Assembly (NCBI GenBank): GCA_964035545.1
Contig: OZ037766.1
Coordinates: forward strand, 30,618,773 to 30,682,772
Direction: 5' to 3'
DNA length: 64,000 bases
Source: Bugula neritina
Taxonomy: Eukaryota; Animalia; Bryozoa
Shown: positions 28,916 to 43,579 of the stretch, piece by piece
Layout of the letters: every line of letters starts with the position of its first letter
How positions within the stretch are numbered: the stretch's first letter is position 1
Made by a program: the position numbers and the translations under genes
The notes under the pieces: generated by a model
What the model saw: only the letters and a program-made list of their open reading frames with translations
Told to the model about the DNA's origin: nothing
The model's database searches: none

Positions 28916-29848
28916 CATACCACGAAGTTTATGTAGTCCAATACCATCTCTCAGTGTCCCATAGTAAGCTAGCTGGAGACTATACTCATTAGGCTGCAGC
29001 ATTTTACCACCAATAGTTGCGAGACTTGCCAAGGCAGGTGGTTTTGAGGTAAACCTAAATGCGCTGTTTGTTTCTATGTAAACTGAACCAGCAACGTCAA
29101 TTATTGAATTTAGAAATTCCAGTTGTGAGTCGTAATAGAAAACGCTTTCATATACATATAAACCACCGCCAACAACGTATTTACAGTTCTGGTAACGTCT
29201 CTGTAGATATATTGCAGTTTCGCTTCCGTATCCAGCAGCTACACCTCTAGGATGACCTAGGTTTCTATACAGTCTCTCAAGGGTTTTGTTTGTTTGGCCG
29301 ATGCAGACTTGGCCGAGAAGCTCTGTAGAATAAAAAATATTCCAGTTTCAGTTACACTAGTGTACAAGAGTTATCTGTACACAAGTGTTGAGCTGTTGAG
29401 TTTTCAGATTGCATAGAAAACCCTCACTGAGATATAAATATGTCTGAAATTGCTATCTGATGTGTTGATAGACATCATTTATATAAACTTACTCATACAA
29501 GTTTATAGTTACCATCCCTGTGAGAAAGCCCCTGACGGAAGGGGTTTCTGTTAAAGTGGGCTAAGGACTTATTTAAATGAGGCACAGGAGCAATAATGAG
29601 TAGATGCTCTTCCTAGCATCACCAATGGCTTTTGTTGTGTTCGAAGCCATGACTTTATGCTTACTAGGCAAGCTCTTTAATCACTCTAACTTCTAGACCA
29701 CGGCTACTCCCTATATATACATGTATATATATCCAATATATGTTTGTATAATGTTATCTAACTTACCTGAGAGCTCTTGGGCTTCAACTGTAGCATGTAA
29801 CACACAGCAGGTTATAAAGTATTTGATTATGGAAATATATAAATTCAT
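18492..29848 (-). CDS. Paralog B: kinase-less EGFR-like/lectin-like/FN3/mucin receptor, 18 exons, about 1536 aa, long Tyr-rich tail
   Basis: Exons 29767-29848, 28921-29322, 28120-28236, 27708-27892, 26910-27075, 26547-26786, 26086-26328, 25382-25606, 24946-25215, 24264-24476, 23707-23902, 22955-23148, 22488-22714, 21798-21931, 21473-21648, 20793-20927, 20190-20629, 18492-19457. Same phases as A; total 4611 nt. Confidence 0.88.
20968..21056. repeat. (GT)n/(GCGT)n microsatellite
   Basis: Direct inspection. Confidence 0.95.
28521..28913. repeat. Two (TA)n tracts (28521-28644, 28815-28913) flanking a perfect 112-bp palindrome (28707-28818)
   Basis: Arms checked base by base: 56 bp perfect, no spacer, centred on tttttc|gaaaaa. 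Confidence 0.93.
29491..29712 (-). mobile_element. tRNA-derived SINE family 1, inserted only in paralog B intron 1
   Basis: Reverse complement of the consensus; interrupts the intron-1 sequence gatagacatca/aatatatg, which is contiguous in A, C and D. Confidence 0.85.
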
Positions 29849-30082
29849 AGTGATGTTAGTCTGACTATAATTTATTATACTTATAGTAGCAGTATGTAGG
29901 GAGTTTACATTGAGGGCAACAATTACTTCATCTAATATCTAAATGCATTTTTAGCTTATTTAACAGAATTTACCTTTGTTATGTGCTAAGAAACAGTTTG
30001 AGTTACAGAGTCACTTAAAACAAACTCAAGTAGTATAACTGTAGAAGTTTGCATATAAGCAGTTTTACAATATGAATTGTAT

Positions 30083-30432
30083 GACACCATCTGAATGACA
30101 CCACTTGGATGACATCATTTGAATGGCACCATCTGTACAACACCATCTGAATGACACTACCTGCATGACACCACCTATATGACACCGCCTGTATGACACC
30201 ACTTGTATGACACCACCTGTATGATACCACCTGTATAACACCAACTGAATAACACCAACTGAATAACACCAACTGAATAACACCACCTGTATAACACCAA
30301 CTGAATAACACCAACTGAATAACACCAACTGAATAACACCAACTGAATAACACCAACTGAATAACACCAACTGAATAACACCAACTGAATAACACCAACT
30401 GAATAACACCAACTGAATAACACCAACTGAAT
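30083..30432. repeat. 14-bp minisatellite (acaccaactgaata)n upstream of paralog B
   Basis: About 25 units, degenerate on the left and homogeneous on the right. Confidence 0.93.
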
Positions 30433-30753
30433 GATGCCGGCAAGACTACAAACAATTCAAAGTATAGAATTATGACATAAACTTTTGGAAGCAAATAAAC
30501 TTCTTGTGACATTTAGTGAGCATAACTTTAATATAGATAATTGCATTTAACATCAGTAGATTAAAGATAAAATTTAAAAAAAAAAAACTTACTTATTTTG
30601 CTATCTAACAACCTGTTCATTACAGCTCATATGCTTTTGCCAAAACGTGAATGTATTTGAGAGCTAGCACTGTAGGCACAGCTTGTCTGTAAAACAGTGT
30701 AGCTCAAACTGAAAGCTTTGCATAAATTATGCTACACATTATAAGATACACAA

Positions 30754-30970
30754 GGGAGCAGCTGTGGTCTAGGGGTTAGAGCATTTGTCTAGTAAACACG
30801 AGGTCATGGGTTTAGACTGGAAAAGGGCCATTGGTGATGTTAGAAAGAGCATCCAGTCATAATTGCTCCTGTGCCTCATTTAAAAGTAAGTCTTTAGCCC
30901 GCTTTAACAATAACTCTTTCTATCAGGGGTTTCTCATAGCGATGGTCACTATAAACTTGCATAAGTTTTT
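30754..30970 (+). mobile_element. tRNA-derived SINE family 1 with 16-bp target-site duplication
   Basis: Flanks attataagatacacaa (30738-30753) and attatgagatacacaa (30971-30986). Confidence 0.9.
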
Positions 30971-31786
30971 ATTATGAGATACACAATTGACTGTAATTAT
31001 TAAACTTGTCAGACATTTGCAGTCATGACTGAAGTTCAAGCTAGCCTTCTATGTCAATATAAGCAGATAACTATATCAAATAACATATTATAATATTACG
31101 AAAACCATTTGATTAACTATTTATTTGTAGACAAGCTGGTCACAGTATTATGGAGAAGCTTAATATTAAACTTTTGTGTCAGAACACAAGTGCCCTAAAA
31201 AGTTAAAAGTAACTGATGTTCAAATTTTGTTTTTATTTTTCCTAAATGTATATATTGTTGTAAAATATTAACATTACTTGAAGTTATGGAACTTGAATAT
31301 AATTATGTAGTATATAATATTTATATGATGTATATGTTTTATGGAGAAGTTAAGTATTATATATGATATATTAATATAAACTCATCTTACAGTATTTGCC
31401 TACTTGAGGTTTCATATCAGCATTATTTTATTTTCTTGAAAAAATACAAGCTCTACATTTCATAGTAAAAGCAAGCTACTTTGGTATACTGAGTTATTCT
31501 AGATGTCAGTGTATATAAGTATGAATGTCAAGAGTTCTAAAGATTGTAAGATAGTTTAATAGTCTAAAGTATATGAGAAGAAAGAAAAACATAAAACACT
31601 TTAGAATCCCACATTTTATTTGAACCTAATCAATACATAAAGAAGGAAACACTTTTATTTTTTAAAATTTTCAAGTTTCCATATTACAAAAAAAAACCAC
31701 ACTGTACAAACATTTCGTTAGAAAGATTCGATCAGAGGCATGGTTATTTGGAAACTGGCACAGCTATAATATCATAATGTATAATA

Positions 31787-34700
31787 TCACAAATTCCAGC
31801 TGTAAACAGAGTCAGTGTTATATATGAGAGTCTTTTCTCTTCTCAGGTGCAATTTCCTTACTATAGGTGTTGCTGAAGCAGATTTACTATAACTACGAGC
31901 AGCAGAGGTTTCTTGTAAACTCTGATAATATGTCAACTCAACAACCAGTGGTTCTGAAAAAATATAATAAAGCATTTTCTTTTAAACTTTATTTTTATAT
32001 TTTTAAAAGTTCTAAAACTCAACAATAAAATTTTAAAAAATTAGTTGTGAAATCGATAACAAGTCAAAAGTAAAACAATTCCTTTGCATGTATTTTGTTT
32101 TTAAGAAAGTTCGATGTTGAAAGAATTTTTGAGCTCATGCATGTTAAAAAATTAAGTTAATAGCGGCAACAACACTGAGATGAATCTACTAGAAAAGCTT
32201 ATAATTATTTTGCAAGAATTAATACGTAAGCAAAATATAATGCAAAGTTTTTATGTTTTCATTAAAAGATGCATTACACTTTGCCTCATAAATTATTGAT
32301 AGTTTGAATTTTAATTACGGGTAGCAGGTCTTGTTCTTTTTATAGGTTTGATTAGACTTGTCTGCTTTTTGATTAAAGAACATGCATTTTTATATTTTAT
32401 CAACTTACTGCTATAATCATCATAACAGCTAAAAGTGCTGAACCGTTTATTGCCGACGAATGGTTTGGACTTGGATCAGTAGAGTTAGGCTCCAAAGTGC
32501 TTTGAGCTTCCGGACCATTTGTCGAGCCACTTTTTGTGCTAGATCTCAATGAACTGTTAAGTTTTTGATCAGTTGTCGTGCCTTCACTCGTACCAGATCT
32601 TGGTGTGCTTTGGAGTTCTGGAGTATTTGCTGTAAACATTTTCAAAGTTTTAAAAACAGCGAAGTTTGAAATATGTCAACATACCGTCATGCTCAAAGTT
32701 TTCAATGTGAAGCTAGTTTAGTATTACTTGTTAGCTTGTTTTGTAGCTTGACAAAAATTGAGTGCTTCTGTAATTGATTATTAGGAGAAGTCATTTTTAC
32801 CTGCAATACTCAGGTGAACAGGTGGATACCATGACATAACTCCATATGATGAAGAATTTACCAGAAGGACTACACTGTACAACATGTCTTCAGTAGGTTC
32901 ATTGTAGGCGTGTGATGCTAAATCTACTGATCGTTTTTCTTTTAAATTAAACAAAGCCACAGAATGAATTTTACGCAGAAATTATTTTCTGTTAATATTT
33001 TTAAAAACAATTTATTTGTTTTTGTCTTGGAGGGTATCAAAGCTGACTAAATATTAAAAAACAGTTGTTGGAGAAAAGTCCTATTATAACAGTTAGTTAC
33101 TTCAAGTTTTGATTACTCTATAATATACTGTACAAATGCGTCCTAATTTTCAAGTGATTCTTGTAAACCTATCAACAACATGTTGTATGGTTGATTATAA
33201 CTTGCATAGATTAATTTCATCTTTTAAATTTTAGTATTCATAAAAACTATTTTAGTCAATGTACCTGGTTTTTCTTCGAAAAGATCGTATTCTGTCTCAT
33301 TGTATTTCTTCGTGTAGAGAAGAAACTCTTCTACACTTTGCTCTTGCTCTGGGACATCTTCGTTAAACTCAAGCACCCATGAAAGGTTTGCTTTTCCATC
33401 ATAAGACAGAAGTAGCGAGTACAGTGAACTTTCTTTCTCCCTTTAAAGTTCAAACTCAGTTAATAATTTATATTTAGCTTAGTTTTTTTTAAAACATGAA
33501 TATTGTCTGACAATTTCAGTCAACGTTATAATGAAAAAGCATAAAGATGGTACTGAAAATTCAAACCAAAACTCACTGAATAGTACAACCATTAGGTACA
33601 CAGGTTAAACATATCTTGTTGATACTATCTGGTACAGTGTTGTCTGGACAAGTCTGAACACATCTATTTCTTAATCTGTAGTTCTTACACTGGTTACACT
33701 CTGTGTCTAACTAAAATATAGTGAGGTACTGTGACTATAAGTATAAATTAGATAATCTATGTTGATTTGCAAAAACAATAAGGCTAAAATAGGCTGTGCA
33801 CTTTGGAAGGTAACACCTACTTATGAAGTCTACAAAATAAAACACTTTATGTTATAAAGTCATATGGCAGCAATAATTTACTGTTTGTCTTTATTTTAAT
33901 GACCAACGAAAAAATGATTGGGTGCAAGTTTTGTAAAACTACATGCAGTATGTTTTATTTTTTTATTCAACATTCAACCAATCTAAACCAAACACGAGGC
34001 GACTTCACACCAAACTCACATTAGAGAAAAATTTACTTCAAATAGTGCAAATAGCGCAAATAGTAAAATTGTACTATTGTGCTACTATATATTTAGTAAC
34101 TTTTATTCTATATTTGCCAAAAAACAGAAGGTCTAAATACATTAGACTTTTGCATCGCTGTTGAATTGTACTTAAGTTTAAAGAACAGTATTTCTTATAA
34201 AGTGAGTTTTACTCGATGTTCAAAAAATAAAACAGTGTTTATCTTGTGACTGAAATAAAAGCTGTATTATTGCTTTTGCATATAAGAGCAATTGGCTTTA
34301 AAGAGTCCCATGCAAGTTATAAATTGAGATTCTTTTGGGAATATTCAGCTAGCAACATAATAATAGCATTCTATTTGACAAAAAGTTGATAGGAAAGCAG
34401 TTTAATTTTTTCTCTGTCTTATTTTCTCAGTGTTATTTAGAATCAAAATATAGTCTTCTTAAATAGCAAACTTTAATAAATTTTAGACTGGTGCGAATCA
34501 AATAAAATACAGATATACTAGTATTTATAAAAAGACCTGCAGCAACACAGAATAAAATTAACAGACTTACACTACCAAAACAGCCTTCTACACACTGACT
34601 GTGGCAACTGATACACTCATTAGTTTTAGTATGAAGATATAGTGGTGGGTCACAAGTGGAAACACACATGTTGTCTAACTGATAGCCTTGTGTGCACATC

Positions 34701-36368
34701 TTGCAGGTTGAATTAGCATGTGGGGGGCATCTGTAGCACCTCTTATTGCTGTCTTGACATCCAAATTGACATGTTGAATCACATAATGACAGTGGTGCTG
34801 TAATTACAGATAAAACAGCATATAAATGTAGTGGGGAAGAGTAATTTTCAAAAGAAATGGTTGAATTTATATCTAAGAATTCAGATCAAAAATTTTATTG
34901 AAAAAAATATTGAATTACTCTTTCTCTAATTTTAATAATCTATGACGCTGTAGGCCTAAAAGCTTTAATTTAAAATATAAAAATAACGAATACTGGTGCA
35001 ATTGTTGATTAACATAGAAAGTATATGTCTATAAGTAATGTTAAGTTACCTTCACAGGTTTTTCTAAAAACTTTGATGTTGTTGTTAGCTGAGCTGGTTA
35101 TTTGCTCCATAAATTTTTCTAATTCATCATCTATTATAGAACAACTATCATATATCTTCATATACACCGACCCATGGATCCTCTCAAGATTATTCAATCC
35201 AAGATACCCCACTTTACCGGTTAAAAGAATCAAAGAGGGATCTCTAAAAAATGTAACTCAGACTATCATACTTTAATCTCAGTCTATTAATTACTGAACT
35301 CACTTTTTATTTGGATAAATCTATAGCTACAAGAATTTGTGTGTAATCATTAGAGATCCGTAAATTAAAACTGTTTAGTTTTAGTATACTACATTTTTAT
35401 ATTTTAATTGCTTCAATTATGGTGATTATGGGAAGTTTTTCAAAATTGGAAATTTTGAATTAAATTTACTGATTCAAAATTTTCAAATCCAAAACTCTTC
35501 AACTTTTTATCAAAATAATGAAGTTAATAAAATTCTTTTTGTGATAAATTGTTCTGTTAAACCATTTGTTGCAAACTTATTCAGTACACATATAGCAGTA
35601 TAATTAAACCTGAATTGTATTTAATTGAAAGGTGTGTTTGAATTTGTAATAATTTGGAAAAGATTTTAGGTATATATTGTAGACATAATTTAGTATAAAT
35701 TTTACTATTTTTGTGTGATCTAGAAGGTACCAAAAAACATTTACCCTTGACATTCAGCTCGGTTTCTAACGTCTCTGCAATACGGAGTGTACAGGAAATT
35801 TCCCTCTCCACCAATAGACTTCAAGTTTCCCCAGAAACTTGTGAAGTCTCTATATGTATCAGAGTAATATTTTAGTGAGACTGAGCCTGTGACATGCTCC
35901 ACGTGTTGAAATACTTCTCTTATCTCTGAATCTGAAGCATCTGCATGGTAATAATAATTAAATTATTAGAAAGGATAATTAATATATCATTTGTTAAGCT
36001 TTCCAATATATTACTGCATGACTAAGTATAGCTATACGGCTATGATTAGTATATTAATATATTACTATCAATTACCAATGCTGTGTGCTATTAAGTGACC
36101 CTTGATGTGAGTGCAACCAGTTTTTTGATGCCGTATAGGAAAAGCTGCAGTCCAGTCCACACGACTAAAGTCACACCACTTCTTGCAAGCTCCTTCACAT
36201 TTAACACATTTCCGGTTAACATCTGGTAAATATCCTGCTGGACATTCTGTAGTGCAGGTTCCATCCTCATGTTTGAAATACCCAACTATAAAGTTTACAA
36301 AAAAATGTTAATAGCAATTTTGTGTGTGTGTGTGTGTGTATTTGTGTGTGTGTGTGTATTTGTGTGTG

Positions 36369-36421
<53 letters not shown>

Positions 36422-36432
36422 GCGTGCGCGCG

Positions 36433-36478
<46 letters not shown>

Positions 36479-39400
36479 TGTGTGTGTACGTGTACATGTG
36501 TGTGTTTCAATTTTTCAATTTCTAAATTAGTTGAACTCTCACACTAAAGTTAGTTCAATGTTACCAATGTAAGTATGTTCATACAGTTTACATCATAAAC
36601 TAAAACATGACTTACTACTCTGCTCATCGTACTCATAGAGCTCTATTTCTGTAAACATGAACCTCTGAGCCTCAGCGTAGATGCCAAACTGAGCTGTAAG
36701 AGGATATCTTTCTGTTCCATCCTCATTTCGGCAAGAAACGTAAAATACTCTGTTTGGTGGATTTTTTTTCACTTGAGTACACAACTCCCAACCAGCATTG
36801 TATTCATCTGGTAAGGTGGAGGTAGCAGAAGAGTGTGCGGCATTGGTGGACACCGTAAACGGCACGAATACTCTGTCTTGAACTTAAAAGCAACAGTTGT
36901 AATGTAGTTGAGGTATATAGTTAAACAAATGCTAATCCATAGCAATTATGTAATTGGTTTCTAGTCTGAACGGTGTAGGTAAGTTTATCTAATAACACAT
37001 CAAAATCAGATAAAACCATGAAATAAGCAAAAAAGAAAATAAAGCATTTTAAAGTCATATTATATACTATAATTATTTTTATAATGATGTAGTAACTGAG
37101 GATTAGTATCACATTAATGTCCACAATGCTCTCCACAAAACTTGCTATGACCCAATAGAACCTGTTTATTTACATCTGAATTTAAATTAAGTTTTCATAT
37201 GAACATACGACTGTAAAGCTGAAAGTCACAGTCATTCATCAAGTAATTTTTTTTTTACAAATGTTAAGACTGCATATTTTGTTTGTAGGAAAATGTTAAA
37301 CTCTGTTCTAAAGAACAAAAATAATTCTTTTGATAAGAGATACTTTATATCAATGAAACATACTATACAGCAAAACATAGAACATCATCTTAAATAGTTG
37401 TAGTTTATTTTAAATATTATAGTTGAGCCGCATTGACTTCCTAACAAGTCACTTTTCCCGAAGTACCCCCCCCACTTTCCTTTTTCTGATTATGCTAGCA
37501 ATTGCTAAAATTATTTTATTTTTATTTATTATTGTATTGAGTTGTGTTTTATTTATCTAATGATTGCATTAACAGTTGACAAAATGCTAGTATGGAAGAA
37601 TAAAGCGTTTCGCTCTTCCTCATAAATTGCAGATATTTTATTAACTGCATGCTACTTAAATTAAGTTAGTTTCTAGATTCCCTAAACCATGCCACATAAA
37701 GCCATGACTGAGTCGCTTACTGAACCGACTTCCAATGACTTCCAATACATGTAACCTCTAAACCCACACAGAATATTTTTAGAAAATTAATTTTTTAAAT
37801 ATAATTTAACAATAAACTTGTAAATATAATTTAACAATAAACTTGTAAATTTTATCAAATTAAAATTATTTTCGTCACTCATGGCTTAGAATATACTCAC
37901 AGCACGGTCCAAATTGACAGTGAGTAGGCAGATGCAGAACAGCGTGAGAAAGTCGTATCAACTTCTGAGACACTACCACAATAATCCACTTCCAGTGAGT
38001 CAAATTACCATCAGATGTTTCAAATACAGGCATGTCTGTTAGTCCATCAGTTAAGACAGATGCGCCCTTTCTACTAGACCCTAGTTCTGCGCTAGCTTGT
38101 TGCTGGTACGCATGATTTACGCCCCCTGAAACATATGCAGTTTGTGAATAAAATATCATGCAATAGTTTTTAGAAGACTTTTTACTAATTTGTAATCAGA
38201 AAAATGCTGTAATCTTTTAACTGAGATATAACTATACCGATTTTGTCATTCAATAGTCAAAATCTGAACCATATAGTGTTCACCAGCAACTAGTTTTGTT
38301 ATATTATCAAAGTTATAATATAAGTTCTGTAATATGCTCTAATTTTAGCGCTGCAATAGGTTATGCCAGTTTATTAATATATTTGAACAATCAGCATGTC
38401 ATGGACACACCCAAAACCAAACTCATAAATTTTGAAGCAAACTCATTCTTTGGTTTTAACTTGCTAGCGTATAATAAATAAAATAAGTTGACCTTTGTAT
38501 AAAGAAACTTACCTAAACCAAAAACCTGTACCTGCCGCAACACCAGGCCAGGTGAATTCTTTCCAGCTACAATAATGAACCTTCTAGTCAGTCTGTGTGG
38601 ATCACCATGGTTACAGGTTACTATCGATTTGACTTCAAGCTTATCACCTTGAAATTGACATAATTCTGTATGGTAAATGGAGTGGTAAGGTGCTTGGTAG
38701 AGATCATCAACACCTACCGAGGTTAGGTAAGCTACGTCTTTCAGTGCGTAGGCACCTAGAAAATTATAAAAATAGATATTTGTAATACAGACATGCTTTT
38801 TAAAATAAAAAAAATGCATAACACCTAATATGCCATAAGCTGTTGTAAAGGCAATATAACATATATTAAAACTTTGACACAATTTAGATACTGAAGGAAG
38901 TTTATATAGATATTTTAAAAATATAACAGTCAAGGGACTTATTTGTTTTAAAACATAACACCAAATTTTAACTAATTTTGTGAGCTGAACAAGTCTTACC
39001 AGGTATGTTTAGGCACTTCTTTGCATCTTTAGTAGTTCCTCTTTCAACCATAGCATAGTGAAACCTGATCTTGGTTTTTAGAGTTACTGCCCAAATTCCG
39101 TAGTTGCCTTTTTCTCCAATAAATACAGAGCTGGGATCAGGGCTGAGAGCATTAGATGATGGGAAGGTCACGTTAATCCCATTGTTTGAGATAATACACA
39201 CATCAGAACTAAAGCTAACATCAGAATAATCTCTTCCTTCTGAAACAAGTATAGAAAATCTGTTGAAAAATATTGACAATGCTTTTAGTTTTTTTTTAAA
39301 TCATGGATGGTTTTTTACCCAATATTTATTTATACAAACTTTGTATAAAATTTAGGTTAGTGTTATAATGTCACATAGAGTTCACATCTTATTATCTATA

Positions 39401-42400
39401 TAATTTATAGTAGATATATGACTTCTATGTGAATCATGCATTTCCTTATTATTGTCATAGTCAGCATCTATATATAATGCTTGTGTAGTTATTGCTAAGC
39501 AGTTAGTTGCTAGATTCCAAAGTTCTATTATCATTTTACATTAATAGTAGTTGTACCAAATAAATCAACATGTAATATATTAAAAGTCAGCACCACCCTG
39601 TCACACACCATCACACATACTGTTATAACAGTTAGTTTTATGTTCTTAGCATACCTGGACATTCATTTACACAGAACTTGTCCTTAACACTGTACTGTCT
39701 GTCAGGATGATCAACAAACTCATTAGAGAGGACATCATAAACTCTCTCTGGATGAACTTGAGAACAACTTTCAACACAAGCACCAGACGGGAATATGTAG
39801 AACCCAAAGCAACCTTCAAACTATATAAAGATAGATGATAGCTCACAACAGCTATTCTGTTTTCAGTCTTTTGATTTAGGGATCTCTGTGGAGAAATGCT
39901 TATTATAGCTTACTAAATTATATTACATCAGCTATACATTACCTCAGTGTATCACCAGCTTGGAAAACATTGCTTGATACATAACTTTGGTAATGTACCA
40001 TAATATAAATTAACAAGCTAAAATAGGCTTTTTTTACTTTTTTTTAAATTCTCTTTCATGCATTGGCATCTTTAGTAGCCATACCATAGCTTAAAGTATT
40101 TTCTTTTCAAAAAAAATCAACAAATTAATTTTTATCTTTGAATATTTATTTCATTCTAGGTTCTTGTTATAAAATCCAATTTAGATTTTTTTTTTATATA
40201 AATAGAAAGTTTCAAAGTATTTTAGCATTACTTTTGAATAGCATTTCTTTTTTGAACCCTGTTCATTATTTGCTTATAATAATTTTCAAAATTTGCATTT
40301 AACAATGACTTTAAAGAACACTACAAAAACTAAAATAAGTTTATTGGTCAATTGAACCAGTAAATATTAAGTCACACAGTACCCTGTTAGCTGTAAAAGT
40401 ATACATAATTACTTTTGTAAACATAAAAAAATAGTTATGTTTAAAATAAATTATAACTACAAAATTAAAAATCTATAGCAATTTCCCGGCCCATATATGC
40501 TACAGTAAATGATTTTGATGAAAGTTATTTGTACTTAGTATGACAAGGCTTCAACTGTCAACATGAAATCAGACACCTACTCTGAGACAGTCAGCTTCAG
40601 CTGGTCCTCTACATCCGGTGAGACAACTCTCATGACAACAATGATTTGCTGTGTTATGATAACAGCCAGTAGTACAACTTGGATGACAGTTTGTAAAGTC
40701 TATTTGACAGTCTTCTGCATCTGGTCCCCAGCAGTTGTTTCCCAGACAAGAAGAATGACACTGCCCTGCAGAGAGAAGTATCTTTCACAAATAACATGCT
40801 TCGTAAAAATTCTGAAGTATGATCGGAATAAATCCTTTTCATGTACTTTTCATTAACAAATACAACTTAGCATTTTAAACACTTAGAAATCGTCAAAGTA
40901 CTCGGCATTTAAAAACATTTGAAAACATGCCGATTCCAAGGCAGTTGCAAACTTACAAAACAAAGCAGAAATGACTAAATCAGCCTAAAATGTGCCTCAT
41001 TATTTAACATATTATAATTCACAGCCAATGAATACAAGCTTAAGTTAATGTCTTCGGACTTTCTTTCACCAGAACTGCAATTTTCCTGATGGGTGATAAA
41101 ATAATATTTAGGTAAGTGTTGACCTAGTTAAATGTCAAATATTACAAATACTCTCCCATTTCCAACTAACCTGAAGTACATGTTGTCTGACTATCACTGT
41201 ACACAGATCCTGGTACTGTGACCTTTGACCAGTCTGTCTTCTGTTTGTAGCAGTTGGTGAGATTGACAGCAACGTTTCCATTGGCAACCTCTAAACGGTA
41301 TCATAAAATTAATTGAAATGAGTTATTCAGAAGTTTTAAACTAAATGGCAATTGTTTGTATACTTCTGCAATCCAAGTGCTTATCAAATCTGTAAGAATA
41401 TATATTAAAATATGATCTAGGGATTAGAATTTGGGATATGAAACTATTTTCAAGGTCCTAAGCTTGAATATCTGCAACTAACAATTGCTATTTATACTGT
41501 GAAATATTGAACACCTCTAATAACTACATATGTTATTAGAACAAAGAAAAACAGAGCTCTTCCTTGACCTACAATTCTACCTTCGAAGAATTTAGAGCAG
41601 GGTTGTCCAACAGGCTACCCCAGGGCCTGATGTTACTCGCAGCTTACATTTATGTGGCCCTCAAAGATATAAAATTAAAATTATGTTTTACATAAGCATT
41701 TGGAATAAAATAATTTTAAAAATTACTGATGCTGTAGACCCCTAGAATGAGCTAAAGTTTACAATGTTGCTCTCACCACAAATATCCCTTTTCTGTAGCT
41801 CACACAAGCAATTCAGAGTAGCTCAGGGTTATTCTGATCATGTATAAATATGTTATTATAGCTTTCTTTCTAGTTTATTAATTTAGGAGTTTTAACATTA
41901 GCTAGAAGGCCATGGACTCTTTGTTTGCATATATATAATATATTATGCACTATCTAGCTGTTTTGCAATGCAATCAGCTTTCAATATAGGATAGATTTTA
42001 TAAAAGCCGTACTTTGGGCGTCACCAGCTCCACACACATGTTCAAAAAAGAACTTCACAGACTTATAGCTGTAACTTATTTGTAATATTTTTACAGTGAA
42101 TAGCAACACAGTAAAGCAGTGAATTTATAACACAATAGCCTACATAGATAACATACCACGAAGTCTACTTAGCCCAATACCATCTCTTAGTGTACCATAG
42201 TAAGCTAGCTGGAGACTATACTCATTAGGCTGCAGCATTTTACCACCAATAGTTGTGAGACTTGCCAAGGCAGGTGGTTTTGTATCAAATTGAAGGTTTT
42301 TGACTGTTTCTATGTGAACTGAACCAGTGACATCAACTATTGAATTCAGAAAATTATATTCAGTTTCATTGTAGGGGTTACTTAGATTAACATATAAATC

Positions 42401-43579
42401 ACCAACAACATATTTGCAGTTGCGGTACCGTCTTTGTAGATATTGATTAATTGGATTTCCATATAAACTAAACAGGTTTTCAGATGGCTGGAGGTTTCTG
42501 TACAATCTCTCCAGAGTTCTGTTTGTCTGGCCAAGGCATACTTGACTCAGAAGTTCTGAAAATCAATCAAGAATGTAACAGTACAGTTAGACTAGTTTAT
42601 AAGCTTCATGTCCACATTTTTATCAATTAGTAGGAACTTTTCAAAAAATGTATCTCCTTTTGAAATAGTTTTATCAAGTGTGACATTATAATATTAGTTG
42701 CTAAAATAGACACATTGTAAGTTGCTATAGTTGAAACAAAATAGTTATTGTTTAAAATTTAATAGAATTTAAGCAGCCCAATTACTGTTTCTTTTAAAAA
42801 ATTTGCATAGAATGTTATGTTGTTCAAATTGAGTGAATATAACTTTACAGAGTTTCAATATTTCTCTACATTCATTTATATATATTATATTTTATTGTTA
42901 TATGATATAATATAAGACTTTACAATATTATAGTAAATTAAATAATACAGTACAGTGTAAGATAATATGGTAGAATATATTATAATATGAATGATTATAT
43001 ATTCTAATATAAGATAATGTTTGATGTAATATTGTAAAGCCTCTTATAATACTGAATGTTAAGATACCTATTCATAAGAGTATATTTTATTTCTCTGATA
43101 TCTACTTTAACTGTAAACTCTGTTTGTTATTATCTGATGAGATCACCTTTAGTTTTTTATTCTCATGTCTATGTTTGTCTATTTTAACAAAGCCTGCTTC
43201 CACCTATAGTACATTTCCAATCAGCAGAGATTCCACACTATTTTAATTCAGCTAGCGAGTAGCATGAACTATGGCATGTTGACAAAATGTTTTTCTTAAA
43301 TTGTCAAATGTACAAATATATTTTTTGCTATACAATTCTAAGTTGATTAGAACCTATATAAGAAAGAACCTATTTTCTAAGGTTGTTAAGTCTACTATAG
43401 GCTGAGTGAACAGGGTCTACATATTTTAAATTATCACTTTATGTATGTGTTGATAGACATCAAATATATGTCCATATAGTATTATCTAACTTACCTGAGA
43501 GCTCTTGGGCTTCAACTGTAGCATGTAACACACAGCAGGTTATAAAGTATTTGATTATGGAAATAATATATAAATTCAT
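31787..43579 (-). CDS. Paralog C: kinase-less EGFR-like/lectin-like/FN3 receptor, short stalk and short tail, about 1211 aa
   Basis: Exons 43495-43579, 42157-42555, 41171-41290, 40581-40765, 39655-39820, 39000-39239, 38513-38755, 37901-38125, 36616-36882, 36076-36285, 35745-35940, 35050-35243, 34571-34797, 33577-33710, 33265-33440, 32801-32938, 32409-32629. Two tentative tail exons, 32319-32361 and 31787-31953, fit the phases but need a 47-nt intron, so the 3' end is less certain. Confidence 0.82.
36320..36506. repeat. (GT)n/(GCGT)n microsatellite
   Basis: Direct inspection; GT-rich tracts occur in the same intron (9) of A, B and D. Confidence 0.95.

Noticed and set aside
30015-30512. FSWCYSVGVIQLVL repeat ORFs
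   Set aside because: 14-bp minisatellite open in all frames; no homologous exon in the other paralogs.
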